Source: Blastocatellia bacterium
GTDB lineage: Bacteria; Acidobacteriota; Blastocatellia; UBA7656
Length of the DNA stretch: 64,000 nucleotides
Reading direction: 5' to 3'
Assembly (NCBI GenBank): GCA_035455165.1
Contig: DATIFP010000021.1
Span: 1-64,000, forward strand
Each line of letters begins with the position of its first letter. Within the stretch, counting starts at the first letter, position 1. The position numbers and the translations under genes were made by a program. Below, one piece after another: positions 27,944-40,089 of this stretch. Under the pieces are notes generated by a model. It made no database searches, had not been told where the DNA came from, and saw only the letters and a list, made by a program, of their open reading frames with translations.

Positions 27944-30595
27944 ATGAAACGACTAGCTGCACCGGTTATGCTGCTTGTGGCAGCGTTCGCCTTTCATCCG
28001 GGCTCAATCGCTTGGGCCGCTCAATCGTCGGGCGCGGCCGAACCTCAAGACCCTCAGACCCAGACGCAGACCGCGCCTCAAATCGGGGACTTGCCGTTCC
28101 GTCGCGACACAGCCCCCGAAATAAAACCGTATGAACGGGTGATCACAAAAGATGCCAAATCCGACGCCGGCGTCTTCACGGTTCACCGCATAAAGGACAA
28201 GGTCTATTACGAGATTCCCAAGAGCGAACTCGACAAGGATTTTCTGTGGGTGAGCCAGATAGCGCGCACCACTCTCGGCGTTGGGTATGGGGGTCAAGCT
28301 GCCGGCAACCACGTTGTGCGGTGGGAACGCCATGCCAACAGGGTACTGCTCAGGAGCGTCTCCTACGAAGTCGTTGCGGACCCAAAGCTCCCGGTATCGC
28401 GCGCGGTGCAGGCCGCAAACAACAACCCGATCATCATGTCGTTCTGGATTGAAGCGTTCGGCAAAGATGACGCCCCGGTCATTGACGTGACGCGCTTGTT
28501 CACTTCTGAGGTAACGGAGTTCAGCGCGAGGACCCGGCTGCGCGCTCGCGCCTTCGATGCTACTCGTTCCTTCATCGAGAGAATCGTCTCGTTCCCGACG
28601 AATATCGAGGTTGAAGCGACGCATACGTTCACCTCGCCCCCGGACACCGGGCTGCCGACGCAAGCACCCGGTCCCCCCAATCCGTTCCTGGGAACGGGAA
28701 TGCGCACGGGTAGCGGTACGGTGTTGATGCACTACAGCATGGTCAAGCTTCCCGAAAAACCGATGATGCCTCGCGTGTACGATGAACGTGTAGGATATTT
28801 TACCGTCCGGCAAACCGATTACGGTCAGGACGAGCATCGTGCGCCCCAGCGACGCTATATCACCCGCTGGCGGCTCGAGAAGAAGGATCCGAACGCCGCC
28901 GTCTCTGAACCGGTGAAACCCATCGTCTACTACGTCGATCCGGCCACCCCCACAAAGTGGGTGCCGTACATCAAGCGCGGTATCGAGAAGTGGCAGGCGG
29001 CATTCGAGGAAGCCGGCTTCAAGAACGCCATCATCGCCAAAGAAGCGCCGACCGCCGAACAGGATCCGGAGTGGAGCCCTGAAGACGCGCGGTATTCAGT
29101 GATTCGCTGGCTCCCGTCGACTATCGAGAACGCGTCCGGGCCCCACGTTCACGACCCGCGCACCGGCGAGATTCTGGAATCCGATATTCAGTTCTATCAC
29201 AACGTAATGAACCTCGCGCGCGATTGGTACTTCCTTCAGGTCGGTCCCCTCGATTCTCGCGCTCAGCATTTTCCGTTGCCCGACGATCTGATGGGCACTC
29301 TGATTGAATACGTCGCGGCGCACGAAGTCGGTCACACGCTGGGGTTCCAGCACAACATGAAGGCGAGCGCGACGTATCCGGCGGAGAAGATTCGGGATAA
29401 GGAATGGCTCAAGTCGATGGGCCATACGCCAACCTTGATGGACTATTCTCGTTTCAATTACGTCGTGCAGCCTGAAGACAAAATCGATCCGGCGATGCTC
29501 ATCCCGGGAATCGGCCCCTATGACAAGTGGGCAACAATGTGGGGCTACATGCCGATCCCCGGCGCGCATACGCCCGATGAAGAGAAAAAGACTCTTGATG
29601 AGTGGGCTCGCGCACAGGACAAGACTCCGTGGTTGCGGTTCTCGACTGCCGGCACGCGAGGCTCTGATCCCGGCGAGAACACGGAGGCTGTTGGTGATGC
29701 CGATGCGGTGAAGTCTACGGCAATGGGCATCAAGAACCTCGAGCGAGTCGCAAACATGTTGCTGACTGCTACAACACAGCCGGGCGAGCCATACGACGAT
29801 CTCGAAGAGCTGTACAGCCGCATGCTCGGCCAGTGGGCCACGGAGCTGAATCACGTGACTGCGATCGTCGGCGGATTCAACTCGCAGGAAAAATATGCCG
29901 GGCAGGACGGCGTGCTGTTCACTCCGGTTCCCCGGCAAAAACAGTCCGACGCAGTGCGCTTTCTGAACGACAACGCATTTGCCACGCCGTCGTGGGCGAT
30001 CAAACCGGAAGTTTTGCGTCGCATACAACCTTCTGGAGCGCTCGACCTGATCAGGGCGAGCCAGCTTCGAGTACTGAACTCGCTCATGAATGGAGCCAGG
30101 TTCAATAGACTGGTCGAGCAGGAGGCGATGGATGGTGCGGCAGCCTACAAGCCCGCTGAGTTCCTGGACGACGTGCGAAAGGGAATTTGGCACGAGCTGG
30201 ATGCTCCTTTAATCCGAATTGACGCGTTTCGGCGGAATCTTCAGCGAGCGTATGTTGACCTGCTCGCCGAGAAGCTCAACGGTCGAGCCGCCGTGACAGA
30301 CGAGCAGCGTCCGTTTATTCGCGGCGAACTCCGTTCGTTGAATCAAATGATCTCGCGAGCGCTCGTCCGCGCGACTGATCGGCCCACTCGATTGCATCTC
30401 GAAGATGCAAAGGACCAGATTGCCAAAGCGCTGGATCCGAAGTTCGCGCCGCCGGCTCCGGCGTCGTTGACGGCTAACCCATTCGGCAGAGGTGTCGACG
30501 AGTGGCTGGAGTGGCTGGATTCGCTGGATCCTTCTGATCCGAACACTCCGCTGATGTGCTGGCCGGATTATTCGGTTCGGCGTCCCAGGTCCTAA
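27944..30595 (+). CDS. Secreted zinc-dependent metalloprotease (DUF4953/DUF5117-type, HEXXH)
   Basis: Signal peptide [17 protein letters not shown]; [12 protein letters not shown] zinc-binding motif; the track ORF starts earlier at 27878. Confidence 0.8.
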   Translation: MKRLAAPVMLLVAAFAFHPGSIAWAAQSSGAAEPQDPQTQTQTAPQIGDLPFRRDTAPEIKPYERVITKDAKSDAGVFTVHRIKDKVYYEIPKSELDKDFLWVSQIARTTLGVGYGGQAAGNHVVRWERHANRVLLRSVSYEVVADPKLPVSRAVQAANNNPIIMSFWIEAFGKDDAPVIDVTRLFTSEVTEFSARTRLRARAFDATRSFIERIVSFPTNIEVEATHTFTSPPDTGLPTQAPGPPNPFLGTGMRTGSGTVLMHYSMVKLPEKPMMPRVYDERVGYFTVRQTDYGQDEHRAPQRRYITRWRLEKKDPNAAVSEPVKPIVYYVDPATPTKWVPYIKRGIEKWQAAFEEAGFKNAIIAKEAPTAEQDPEWSPEDARYSVIRWLPSTIENASGPHVHDPRTGEILESDIQFYHNVMNLARDWYFLQVGPLDSRAQHFPLPDDLMGTLIEYVAAHEVGHTLGFQHNMKASATYPAEKIRDKEWLKSMGHTPTLMDYSRFNYVVQPEDKIDPAMLIPGIGPYDKWATMWGYMPIPGAHTPDEEKKTLDEWARAQDKTPWLRFSTAGTRGSDPGENTEAVGDADAVKSTAMGIKNLERVANMLLTATTQPGEPYDDLEELYSRMLGQWATELNHVTAIVGGFNSQEKYAGQDGVLFTPVPRQKQSDAVRFLNDNAFATPSWAIKPEVLRRIQPSGALDLIRASQLRVLNSLMNGARFNRLVEQEAMDGAAAYKPAEFLDDVRKGIWHELDAPLIRIDAFRRNLQRAYVDLLAEKLNGRAAVTDEQRPFIRGELRSLNQMISRALVRATDRPTRLHLEDAKDQIAKALDPKFAPPAPASLTANPFGRGVDEWLEWLDSLDPSDPNTPLMCWPDYSVRRPRS

Positions 30596-30621
30596 ACTCG
30601 AGTTGGCGGTCAACTGCCAGC

Positions 30622-30664
30622 GGGCGCGCACGACTTCCTTGTCGCGCGCGCCCGTCTTTTTTTT
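30622..30664 (+). terminator. Rho-independent terminator after the metalloprotease gene
   Basis: GC-rich stem GGGCGCGCACGAC...GTCGCGCGCGCCC followed by T8. Confidence 0.7.
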
Positions 30665-31220
30665 AGACCGGGATCGGTTCAGTATTGGGGGGGTTAGATG
30701 TAGCGAGTACGATAACCAAGTACAGAGCCAAGAGTGCGTATGAAGTCAGATTCGCGTACGCCACGGCACGTTTCGTCTTTTTGGCATCGAAGTCTTTCAG
30801 GATTCGTCCCGCCACTAAGTACTCCAGGTACCACGAGACAAAGAAAAATGGAACAAGCAAAACCAAGGCCGCCGTTGGAATCATCCAGTACAGATTCCGC
30901 TCATACGGTATCAGCCACGGCGTTTGCCAGGTCACAGCAAGAAACTTGTCGGCCAGTGTTTTGAGGCCGAAGGCCCGACCTCCGCCAGTTAGGAGTTGCG
31001 CTGCCACAAGCGTGACCCACGTCATAGGTACTCCAATAAACGTCGACGCGAGATTTGCTAAACCGGACGCTTCACCGGCCTTTGAAAGGGGGATCGTCAG
31101 GTACTGACGGAGGACAAGCGCTTCTATGACTATGATCGGCAACAGCGCAACGAGCATTACGGGCAGCGCCGGGAAAATCATCGGCACGCCAACATCAATC
31201 AGGAACAAGCACTCAGTCAC
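30663..31220 (-). CDS. Hypothetical polytopic membrane protein (co-transcribed with purQ)
   Basis: 185 aa; 4-5 predicted TM helices; 12 nt downstream of the purQ stop. Confidence 0.5.
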   Translation of the reverse strand: MTECLFLIDVGVPMIFPALPVMLVALLPIIVIEALVLRQYLTIPLSKAGEASGLANLASTFIGVPMTWVTLVAAQLLTGGGRAFGLKTLADKFLAVTWQTPWLIPYERNLYWMIPTAALVLLVPFFFVSWYLEYLVAGRILKDFDAKKTKRAVAYANLTSYALLALYLVIVLATSNPPNTEPIPV

Positions 31221-31231
31221 GCTTGTCGTCC

Positions 31232-31939
31232 TCAGGACGCCTTGGCGAGCTCCGCGAGCGTGTCGGCAAGCGAATAGAAGATGATTCGCCCGTCGCTGCT
31301 TCCCAGAACCTGTTCGCTTGCGCGTTCAGGGTGAGGCATCATCCCCAATACATTCCGCTCGCGATTGCATATCCCCGCGATGTTGTCGAGCGAGCCGTTG
31401 GGATTTGATTCGGGCGTCAAATTCCCCGCGGCGTCCGAGTAACGAAAGATGATCCGGTTCTCACGCTGGAGCCCGGCAAGAGTCTCGGCATCGCAGAAGT
31501 AGTTCCCGTCGCCGTGCGCGATTGGAACCGAGAGCACCTGGCCGCGCTGACAGCGGTTGGTGAACGGGCTGTCGATCGCCTCGACGCGAATGTTGATGTG
31601 CTCGCAGATGAACTTGAGGTTCTTGTTTCGCATCAGCGCGCCGGGCAGCAATCCCGCTTCACAGAGTATTTGAAATCCGTTGCAGATCCCTACCACCAGT
31701 CCGCCGCGCGCGGCGAATTCCTTGACCGCCCCCATAACCGGGCTGAACCGCGCGATGGCGCCCGTCCGCAAATAATCACCGTATGAAAAGCCGCCCGGCA
31801 ATATCACCGCATCGCAATCGCCGAGAGAGTTGTCGCGGTGCCAGATGAAATCAACCGGCTGCCCTATTACCTTGCTGATTACGTGGTAGGTGTCGTGGTC
31901 GCAATTGGAGCCGGGGAACATCACAACGCCGAACTTCAT
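31232..31939 (-). CDS. purQ: Phosphoribosylformylglycinamidine synthase glutaminase subunit PurQ
   Basis: Class-I glutamine amidotransferase catalytic Cys in GICNGFQ and His in MPHPER. Confidence 0.95.
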   Translation of the reverse strand: MKFGVVMFPGSNCDHDTYHVISKVIGQPVDFIWHRDNSLGDCDAVILPGGFSYGDYLRTGAIARFSPVMGAVKEFAARGGLVVGICNGFQILCEAGLLPGALMRNKNLKFICEHINIRVEAIDSPFTNRCQRGQVLSVPIAHGDGNYFCDAETLAGLQRENRIIFRYSDAAGNLTPESNPNGSLDNIAGICNRERNVLGMMPHPERASEQVLGSSDGRIIFYSLADTLAELAKAS

Positions 31940-32008
31940 GATTCGATCCTTTCATGATGTGGGCTTGGAACGCCATGTCGGGGGCTAGTAAGCGGCATTA
32001 TCTCACGA

Positions 32009-32260
32009 TCAGGAATCGGGATCTAGCTCGACGCGATAGTCTTCGATCACCGGGTTCGAGAGCACGTCGCGAGCCATGCGTTCGATCTCGGCTCGCGCCT
32101 GTTCAGGAGACAGCGAGCCGTTGATGCTCACCTCAAAGTACTTCCCCTGTCGAACGTCTTGAATGCCCTGGAAGCCGATGGTCTCGACGGCATGATGGAT
32201 CGCCTTGCCCTGCGGATCGAGCACGGAGGGCTTTAGAGTGACGAAGATCTTGGCTTTCAT
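32009..32260 (-). CDS. purS: Phosphoribosylformylglycinamidine synthase subunit PurS
   Basis: 83 aa; PurS fold signature VTLKPSVLDPQG. Confidence 0.9.
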   Translation of the reverse strand: MKAKIFVTLKPSVLDPQGKAIHHAVETIGFQGIQDVRQGKYFEVSINGSLSPEQARAEIERMARDVLSNPVIEDYRVELDPDS

Positions 32261-32289
32261 AGCTTTCTTATGAGGGCGACCCGCGCAAG

Positions 32290-33585
32290 CTACTCTCCAA
32301 AGACGCGCGAAAATATTTTGTCGACGTTGCGCAGCTGTTTGTTCACGTCGAACAACGCTTCGAGCTCTTCGCGCGAGAGCCTGTCGGTCACGCGTTTGTC
32401 ATTCATTACCAGATCGCGAAAGGTTGCGCCTTCGTCCCATACCCGCATTGCGAGCGGTTGCACTATTGCGTATGCATCTTCGCGCGAGACGCCCTTGCTT
32501 GTCAGCTCCAATAACAACTGGCCGCTTGCGGTGACTCCACCAAGCGATTCAAGGTTCGCACGCATGCGGTTCGGGTAAACCGCGAGCCCGTCAATCAACC
32601 ATTCGGTCTTGTTGATCAAGTAATCCGCGAGTATGCACGAGTCGGGCAATATCACGCGCTCGACTGAGGAGTGGGATATGTCTCGCTCGTGCCAGAGCGC
32701 GATGTTTTCGAAGCCAGCTTGAGCGTTTGAGCGAACGACTCGCGCGAGTCCGCAAATCTGTTCCGACGTGACCGGGTTTCGCTTGTGAGGCATGGCCGAC
32801 GAACCCTTCTGCCCCGCCGAAAAAGGCTCTTCGACTTCACGAACTTCGGTACGCTGAAGATGACGAACCTCCAGCGCTATCTTCTCCATCGACGCGGCGA
32901 TGATCGCGAGAGTCGCGAGAAATTCAGCGTGCCGGTCGCGCTGAATTACCTGCGTGGAGATTGGCGCGTGGTTCAAGGCCAGCTTCGCGCAGACGCGCTC
33001 TTCGACTTCCGGATCCAGGTGCGCGAATGTTCCAACCGCGCCCGAGATCTTTCCGTAGCTGATTGCTTCCGCTGCGCGGCCGAGTCGCTCCTTGTTGCGC
33101 TCGTTCTCCGAATAGTAAAGCGCGAGCACGAGGCCGAAAGTTGTAGGCTCGGCATGGACGCCGTGCGTGCGGCCCATCATCGCGGTGTGCTTGTGCTCGA
33201 TCGCGCGGCGCTTCAAGACCTGCCCTAGACGGTCCAGGTCTTGGAGCAGGAGAGTCGCCGCTTCGCGCATCAACAATGCGTTGGCAGTGTCGACGACGTC
33301 CGAAGACGTAAGTCCATAGTGAACGAATCGCGCCTCGGGTCCAATGTTCTCAGCAAGCGCGGTTGTAAAAGCGATGACGTCGTGGCGAGTCGTCCGCTCG
33401 ATTTCGTTTATGCGTTCAACCGAGAAGCTTGCGGTGCGTTTGATCTTGTCCACCGCGTCTCGCGGGATCGTGCCCATGTCGGCGTGAACTTCGCAGACCG
33501 CTATCTCAACGTCGAGCCACTTCTGGAATCTGTTCTGGTCTGTCCAAATCGCGCCCATCTCGGGCAGCGTGTAACGTTCAATCAT
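32290..33585 (-). CDS. purB: Adenylosuccinate lyase
   Basis: 431 aa; fumarate-lyase signature region GSSAMPHKRNP. Confidence 0.95.
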   Translation of the reverse strand: MIERYTLPEMGAIWTDQNRFQKWLDVEIAVCEVHADMGTIPRDAVDKIKRTASFSVERINEIERTTRHDVIAFTTALAENIGPEARFVHYGLTSSDVVDTANALLMREAATLLLQDLDRLGQVLKRRAIEHKHTAMMGRTHGVHAEPTTFGLVLALYYSENERNKERLGRAAEAISYGKISGAVGTFAHLDPEVEERVCAKLALNHAPISTQVIQRDRHAEFLATLAIIAASMEKIALEVRHLQRTEVREVEEPFSAGQKGSSAMPHKRNPVTSEQICGLARVVRSNAQAGFENIALWHERDISHSSVERVILPDSCILADYLINKTEWLIDGLAVYPNRMRANLESLGGVTASGQLLLELTSKGVSREDAYAIVQPLAMRVWDEGATFRDLVMNDKRVTDRLSREELEALFDVNKQLRNVDKIFSRVFGE

Positions 33586-33600
33586 TGCCAGTCATCAACT

Positions 33601-34395
33601 TTAGAGTTCAAACCACTCACTAGCGCGATCGGGCAGAGCTATTCTAACCCTCTCCTCCGCTCTTCGAAAAAACAAAGAGCCGTGATAGTCGAGGGCCTGA
33701 AGAGCTGAAAGCCTTGCAAGCTCCGGATGATTGCAATGCCGCGATAGATGCGCCAGGACCAGGTACTCAGCGGTACCGTCGAAGTCATGCCGAATCCACC
33801 GAGCGGTTTCGTCGTTCGAGAGATGCCCGACGTTGCTCCCTATGCGTTGCTTCACCGACCACGGGTAAGGCCCGACCTTCAGCATATCCCTGTCGTGATT
33901 CGATTCGATCAACACGAGATTGGAGCCTCGCAATCGCTCGGCCACCAACTGAGTAATGTAACCGAGGTCGGTCACTACTCCAACTTTTACCCCTGCGGAT
34001 GAGACGGTGAAGGCGAACGTGTCTGCCCCGTCGTGCGGAACAGTGAAGGGGTAAAAATCCAGAGAGCCGACCTGAAAGGGCTCGCTCGACGCGATGGTCT
34101 CGCCCCAGGGAATATTCTCGCCGTCGTCCGGGAACTTGCATTCGGCGCGCGTCGCTTGAGACATGTACACCGGAACTTCCGCGGTCGAAGAAAAGACGCG
34201 AAGACCCTTCACGTGGTCAGTGTGTTCGTGAGTTATCACAACTGCGGAGAGCCGAGTCGGGTCGAGTCCAGATTCGCCCATTCGCCGCGCGGTCTCTTTA
34301 GCGGAGAGGCCCAGGTCGACCAGCACGCTTGTCGCGCCCGATTCGATGTAGAGCACGTTCCCGGAGCTTCCGCTGCCTAAGACGATCAGTCGCAT
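33601..34395 (-). CDS. MBL-fold metallo-hydrolase
   Basis: HxHxDH motif ITHEHTDHVKG; 264 aa. Confidence 0.85.
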   Translation of the reverse strand: MRLIVLGSGSSGNVLYIESGATSVLVDLGLSAKETARRMGESGLDPTRLSAVVITHEHTDHVKGLRVFSSTAEVPVYMSQATRAECKFPDDGENIPWGETIASSEPFQVGSLDFYPFTVPHDGADTFAFTVSSAGVKVGVVTDLGYITQLVAERLRGSNLVLIESNHDRDMLKVGPYPWSVKQRIGSNVGHLSNDETARWIRHDFDGTAEYLVLAHLSRHCNHPELARLSALQALDYHGSLFFRRAEERVRIALPDRASEWFEL

Positions 34396-34465
34396 TTTAA
34401 GCGTCTACGGTCGCGGGTTTTGCACTGCCCGATCTCCATCGACAGAGGGCTATTGCCGACCATTG

Positions 34466-35785
34466 TCACGCTGTTATCGGCTCTCGTTCCAAATCGAGCG
34501 AGCCAAGTTGCCCGAGCGCGGTGATTGCCAGTTCCTCGTCGTGAAATATCGAGCCCGCCACTCTTAGCACGTCTTCCCTGGTTACCTGATCGATGCGTTC
34601 GAGGATTTCGTCGAGCGTGGATTGGCGGCCGAAAAATATCTCCTGTCTCGCGAGGTTGCTCATTCGAGCCGATGTTGATTCAAGGCTGAGCATTATCGAA
34701 ACCTTGAGCTGGTCCTTGGCGCGTTGCAACTCGGCTTCAGTGACAGGCTCAATCTTGAGCTTATTGAACTCCTCGACGCTCAATCGGATCACGTCCTTGA
34801 CTTGCTCGGGTGATGTCGCGGCATATACGGACAGATAGCCAACATCGGTGTAGGCGTTGACCCCTGAGTAGACCGCGTAGGCCAGCCCGTGCTCTTCGCG
34901 GATTGTTTGAAACAGCCGGGAGCTCATGCCGCCGCCGAGAATCACGTTCATGACGTGAACCGGATAGCGGTCGGCCGAGGTCATCGACGGACATCCCGTA
35001 CCGAGCACCAGATGCGCTTGCTCAAGATCTTTATCAAGCACGATGCGGCGACTGGCGTGAGAGGGGGCCGATGCCGAGAGGTTACGCGGTCGGTCGCTCA
35101 AATCACCCAGGTAGCGCGAGACCATTTCCACAAATCTGTCGTGTTCGATATTCCCCGCTCCAGCGACGATGAGATTGCGCGGAGTGTAGACATCCGAAAA
35201 GAAATCCGCGACCCGTTGGTGGTCAAACGTGGCCAGCGTGTCAACAGTACCCAGGATCGAGCGCCCCAGCGGATGATTGGGCCAGAAATTCGCGACGAAT
35301 ACTTCGTGCACCAAATCGTCGGGCGTATCCTCGACCATCTTGATCTCTTCCATCACCACGTTGCGCTCGCGATCGAGCTCTTCGTTAGCGAAGAGCGGCG
35401 CGGTGATGAGGTCGGCCAGAAGGTCGAACGCCCGAGGCAGATGCTCGTCAAGAACTTTTACGTAGTAGCTCGCGACCTCGCGGCTGGTGAATGCATCGAC
35501 GTGGCCACCTATCGCGTCGCTCTCGACTGCGATTTCGCGGGAAGTGCGGTTGCGAGTGCCTTTGAAGAGTGTGTGCTCGATGAAGTGCGAGATTCCGTTT
35601 AGCGGCGCCGCTTCGTGTCGCGAGCCCGAGCGCACCCAGATGCCCACGGACGCGGATCTGACGTGGTCCATTCGCTCGGTGATTATCATGAACCCGTTAT
35701 CGAGAATCGTTTGTTTGATGGGACTTGCTTGCTCGACCATTATCACACCCGAGGCGATGCTAGCATACGGTTTCAACGGGGGCAA
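34466..35785 (-). CDS. M16 family zinc peptidase (pitrilysin-like)
   Basis: Inverted zinc motif HFIEH...E; start may be the internal MVEQ. Confidence 0.85.
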   Translation of the reverse strand: MPPLKPYASIASGVIMVEQASPIKQTILDNGFMIITERMDHVRSASVGIWVRSGSRHEAAPLNGISHFIEHTLFKGTRNRTSREIAVESDAIGGHVDAFTSREVASYYVKVLDEHLPRAFDLLADLITAPLFANEELDRERNVVMEEIKMVEDTPDDLVHEVFVANFWPNHPLGRSILGTVDTLATFDHQRVADFFSDVYTPRNLIVAGAGNIEHDRFVEMVSRYLGDLSDRPRNLSASAPSHASRRIVLDKDLEQAHLVLGTGCPSMTSADRYPVHVMNVILGGGMSSRLFQTIREEHGLAYAVYSGVNAYTDVGYLSVYAATSPEQVKDVIRLSVEEFNKLKIEPVTEAELQRAKDQLKVSIMLSLESTSARMSNLARQEIFFGRQSTLDEILERIDQVTREDVLRVAGSIFHDEELAITALGQLGSLDLEREPITA

Positions 35786-36019
35786 ACCAACGAGCTGCTC
35801 GCCCCGCGCTCACAGCGTGCAGACGGAGTTCGGCAACACAGATAAGCGAACCATCAGCGGCTGTGTGAATAAAACCTCACGATTCGTGCCGTCGCCTACC
35901 GAGGGCTGGCGCTCTCCATTGAGCGCCTCGGCGCCGGAACAGCGGGCCTCACGCGCACCGCGGATTTCCATGAGAGATGTTTATCACTTTTCTGGGGACA
36001 GGTGCTGCTCACCCCGGGA

Positions 36020-36898
36020 TCAACCAGGCGGGACAACCGAATATACTTTCATCAGGCCGTCGAACAGTCGCGCCAAGTCGTCGGTTGAGGAGAACCTGAT
36101 CTCCAGAGCTCCCCCGCCGCTTCTGTTAAATCTAATACGGACCGGCGCCTCGAGCCTTTTGCTGAGCTTCACTTCGGCCGCGGCGATGTTCGGCTGGTCG
36201 GTATGATTTCTTACTGTTCGGCTTCGGCGCGTCTCGGTGCTTGGGCTTTGGGCTCGCTTGACCAATCGCTCCGCTTCCCTCACCGAGAGTTCCCGCTCCG
36301 CGATCTGGCGAGCCAGTTTGATCTGGGCTTCGTGTGAGTCGATGGACAGCAGCGCACGGGCGTGTCCCGCCGACAACTCTTGATTCTCGACCGATCTTTG
36401 AATCTCCGCGGGGAGTTTGAGTAGCCTCAGGGAGTTGGTTATGGATGAGCGGTCCTTGCCAACTCGCTGGGCCACTTCCTCTTGAGTGAGGCTCCGCGCC
36501 TCCAGCAGCCTCCTGTACGCATTGGCTTCCTCGATCGGACTCAACTCTTCGCGTTGAATGTTCTCGATGAGGGAGAGTTCCAATAGACTCTCGTCCGGCA
36601 CATCCTTAACGATGCAAGGTACTCTGTGCAGGCCAGCCATTTGTGCTGCTCGCCACCTGCGTTCGCCCGCGATGATCTGAAACCCATCGCCGTGCCGTCT
36701 GACGACGAGAGGTTGAATTATTCCATTTTGACGAATCGAGCTAGCGAGACCCTCGAGTGGGCTATCTCGGAAAACGCCTCGAGGTTGAGAGCCTGCTGGT
36801 CGTATTCGATCGATATCAACGTCGACCAGGTCGCGATCCGGAGCCGAACCCGGTGTGAAGAGTGCGTCAAGCCCCCTGCCCAGTGCCTTTCTTGACAT
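36020..36898 (-). CDS. parB: Chromosome partitioning protein ParB
   Basis: N-terminal RKALGRGLDALF and ParB box GERRWRAA. Confidence 0.95.
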   Translation of the reverse strand: MSRKALGRGLDALFTPGSAPDRDLVDVDIDRIRPAGSQPRGVFRDSPLEGLASSIRQNGIIQPLVVRRHGDGFQIIAGERRWRAAQMAGLHRVPCIVKDVPDESLLELSLIENIQREELSPIEEANAYRRLLEARSLTQEEVAQRVGKDRSSITNSLRLLKLPAEIQRSVENQELSAGHARALLSIDSHEAQIKLARQIAERELSVREAERLVKRAQSPSTETRRSRTVRNHTDQPNIAAAEVKLSKRLEAPVRIRFNRSGGGALEIRFSSTDDLARLFDGLMKVYSVVPPG

Positions 36899-37649
36899 TG
36901 TTAATCACCTCTTTTGCCAATCGGACGTAACTCTCTGCGCCCTTAGATCTTATGTCATAGAGAATTATAGGCTTTCCGTGGCTGGGCGCCTCCGCGAGCC
37001 TCACGTTTCTCGGGATGATGGTCGTGAATACCTGAGAACCCAAGAAGTCTCGAAGATCGGACATTACCTGCGTGGAGAGGTTAGTCCGCTCGTCAAACAT
37101 CGTCAGCAAGAACCCCTCAACAGCCAAATTGGGGTTTATTGTCCGGCGAACTCGTACTAGCGTATCCCATAGTTCTGAGACGCCCTCCAGAGCAAAATAC
37201 TCGCACTGAATCGGGATCAGGACCGAGTCGGCCGCAGCCAGTGCGTTCAGGGTTAGCAATCCGAGACTTGGCGGGCAATCAATCAGCACATAGTCGAAAC
37301 TGTGAGCAACGTCCGCCAGAAGCGCCTTCAGCATGAATTCCCGATCGGGCAAATCGACCAACTCAATCTCCGCCGCCACCAATGCCTTCTCCGAGGGTAT
37401 GACCTTCAGATTGGGTAACTCGGTGTCGCGGGTTATTGATTCGAGCGGCTCATTCAAGATAAGGGAATGATAAACGCTTCTTGTAAATCGGCCTCTAAGC
37501 CCCAGACCGCTTGTGCTGTTTCCTTGGGGGTCTGCGTCAACGATCAGCACTCTCATGTCGGCAACGGCCAGGGTCGCGCCCAGGTTGATAGTCGTGGTAG
37601 TTTTTCCGACACCCCCTTTTTGATTCGCAATGGCTATTATCCTGGCCAT
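36867..37649 (-). CDS. parA: Chromosome partitioning ATPase ParA/Soj
   Basis: Deviant Walker A KGGVGKTTT; 260 aa; overlaps parB by 32 nt. Confidence 0.95.
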   Translation of the reverse strand: MARIIAIANQKGGVGKTTTTINLGATLAVADMRVLIVDADPQGNSTSGLGLRGRFTRSVYHSLILNEPLESITRDTELPNLKVIPSEKALVAAEIELVDLPDREFMLKALLADVAHSFDYVLIDCPPSLGLLTLNALAAADSVLIPIQCEYFALEGVSELWDTLVRVRRTINPNLAVEGFLLTMFDERTNLSTQVMSDLRDFLGSQVFTTIIPRNVRLAEAPSHGKPIILYDIRSKGAESYVRLAKEVINNVKKGTGQGA

Positions 37650-37908
37650 GAGCTGCTACGATAGCACAAAGCAGCCACCGGAGGCCAAACAAGAACCGAT
37701 TGATTAGAGGCCCCAAGGAAGGTTTCACGTGAAACATTTGGTGCTTCTCATGGACGGGGCTAGAATGGTATCGGAACTAGCCGGGGCGAGCCAAAACTTC
37801 TGGTAAAGCTCTTCGGGCTGTGATACTTTGTTTCGCTTTTCTTTTACACTTTTTGATTTTGCGGCCAAACGCAATCCAGAGCGCGCTTCTGGATCGCGAT
37901 CACGCTAG

Positions 37909-39429
<1,521 letters not shown>

Positions 39430-39441
39430 CGGGTCTGATAT

Positions 39442-39858
39442 ATGGCTGAACAAATCCATCTTGAAGTTGTCACTCCAGAACGAAAAGTGTTTGAAGCTGA
39501 CGTTGATCGAGTCGAGGTTCCAGGTCTGAACGGCGAGCTTGGTATTCTCCCGGGACACACCGAACTCGTTTCTCAACTAAAGCCGGCAGGTCTTCTGACT
39601 TACCACGCGGGAAGCGAAACCGGTGAGATGGCAATCAGCGATGGCATCGTTGAGGTGGGTTCCGATCGAGTGACCGTGCTGGCCAACAAAGCCGCTCGTC
39701 CGGAAGACATCGATCTCACCCGTGCGCTCAGGCTCAAGGAACGCGCAGAGCAGGAGCTCCAACGCGCCCTGGCCGACCCCGATTCGGATATCCTGCGGGC
39801 CGCGATCGAACTCGAGCGCGCCTCAATCGAGCTGCTCGTCGCCGAGCGTGCACGCTAG
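39442..39858 (+). CDS. atpC: F0F1 ATP synthase subunit epsilon
   Basis: 138 aa; N-terminal beta-sandwich then C-terminal helical hairpin; immediately follows atpD. Confidence 0.9.
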   Translation: MAEQIHLEVVTPERKVFEADVDRVEVPGLNGELGILPGHTELVSQLKPAGLLTYHAGSETGEMAISDGIVEVGSDRVTVLANKAARPEDIDLTRALRLKERAEQELQRALADPDSDILRAAIELERASIELLVAERAR

Positions 39859-40089
39859 CGTCATTGGTGCTTTTTATTACTAATTCTTGCGTGTTGGACT
39901 TCTGACCGACGCTATGATAGCTTTGGCCGGTTCTTGGTCGGATCTTTCAGCCTTTTCGTTTGTTCAGTAGACGTCGTTCTGCGCCGACGCAGTTGACGGT
40001 TCGCCAGGGTTGCGTGCTCTCGGAGAGCGCGATCCCGAACTTGGCTGCGTTGGAGGCTCACTCTAGGTTCGGATATCCACTGATCCTTC

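Noticed and set aside
28004-30193. 277-aa and 365-aa minus-strand ORFs
   Set aside because: Antisense to the metalloprotease gene, which has signal peptide and HEXXH support.
34889-36206. 237-aa and 239-aa plus-strand ORFs
   Set aside because: Antisense to the M16 peptidase; the second extends into the intergenic region and the parB 3' end without RBS support.
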